Of a DNA stretch of 64,000 bases, positions 63,791 through 64,000 are shown one piece after another. Position 1 is the first letter of the stretch; the number at the start of each line of letters is the position of its first letter. Location: the NCBI RefSeq assembly GCF_009914755.1, contig NC_060927.1; one strand, written 5' to 3'. Under the pieces are notes generated by a model. That model searched no databases. It worked only from the letters and a program-made list of their open reading frames with translations, and was not told the origin of the DNA. The stretch comes from the human T2T-CHM13v2.0 reference genome, Homo sapiens. A program made the position numbers and the translations under genes.

Positions 63791-64000
63791 GGGCACATGA
63801 CCACTGGATTCCAAGTGTTTCTGTAGTATGTAGTATATGCTTAACATTTATTGCATCAGGCAAGATAGACAGAGGCAGAGAGAGAAAGGGGCAGAGAATT
63901 GTGTCCCCGAAATACTCCAGCCTGCATGGTAAAAGAGGATCAACTCATGTGGAATAGCACAGAAAGTATGAAAACAATGAAATTGTGCTTCATTGAGAAT

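Overview
AT-rich, CpG-depleted primate (human-like) non-coding DNA, either a deep intron or an intergenic region. I found no recognisable protein-coding exon, CpG island, rRNA, intact tRNA or known miRNA, and I cannot name the locus. The supplied ORFs are chance ORFs or are derived from Alu, L1, L2, MaLR or microsatellite sequence. The window is largely a record of mammalian and primate transposons: 12 Alu dimers (J, S and one Y), two fossil Alu monomers (FLAM_A and FAM), two solo MaLR LTRs, several old L1M fragments, L2, L3/CR1, many MIRs, MER33, MER5 and a decayed tRNA-derived SINE, with several nested insertions. In unique sequence the best leads are a tandem CTCF-like motif pair (~57.0 kb), an RFX X-box plus kB plus FOX motif cluster (~4.1-4.2 kb), and a nested AT-rich fold-back structure between inverted Alus (~18.9-19.2 kb). 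There are also several candidate exons and micro-exons with good splice signals on both strands, but their number is compatible with chance. I did not find convincing evidence of a novel biological system. Repeat subfamily calls come from remembered consensus sequences, and boundaries of old elements are approximate.
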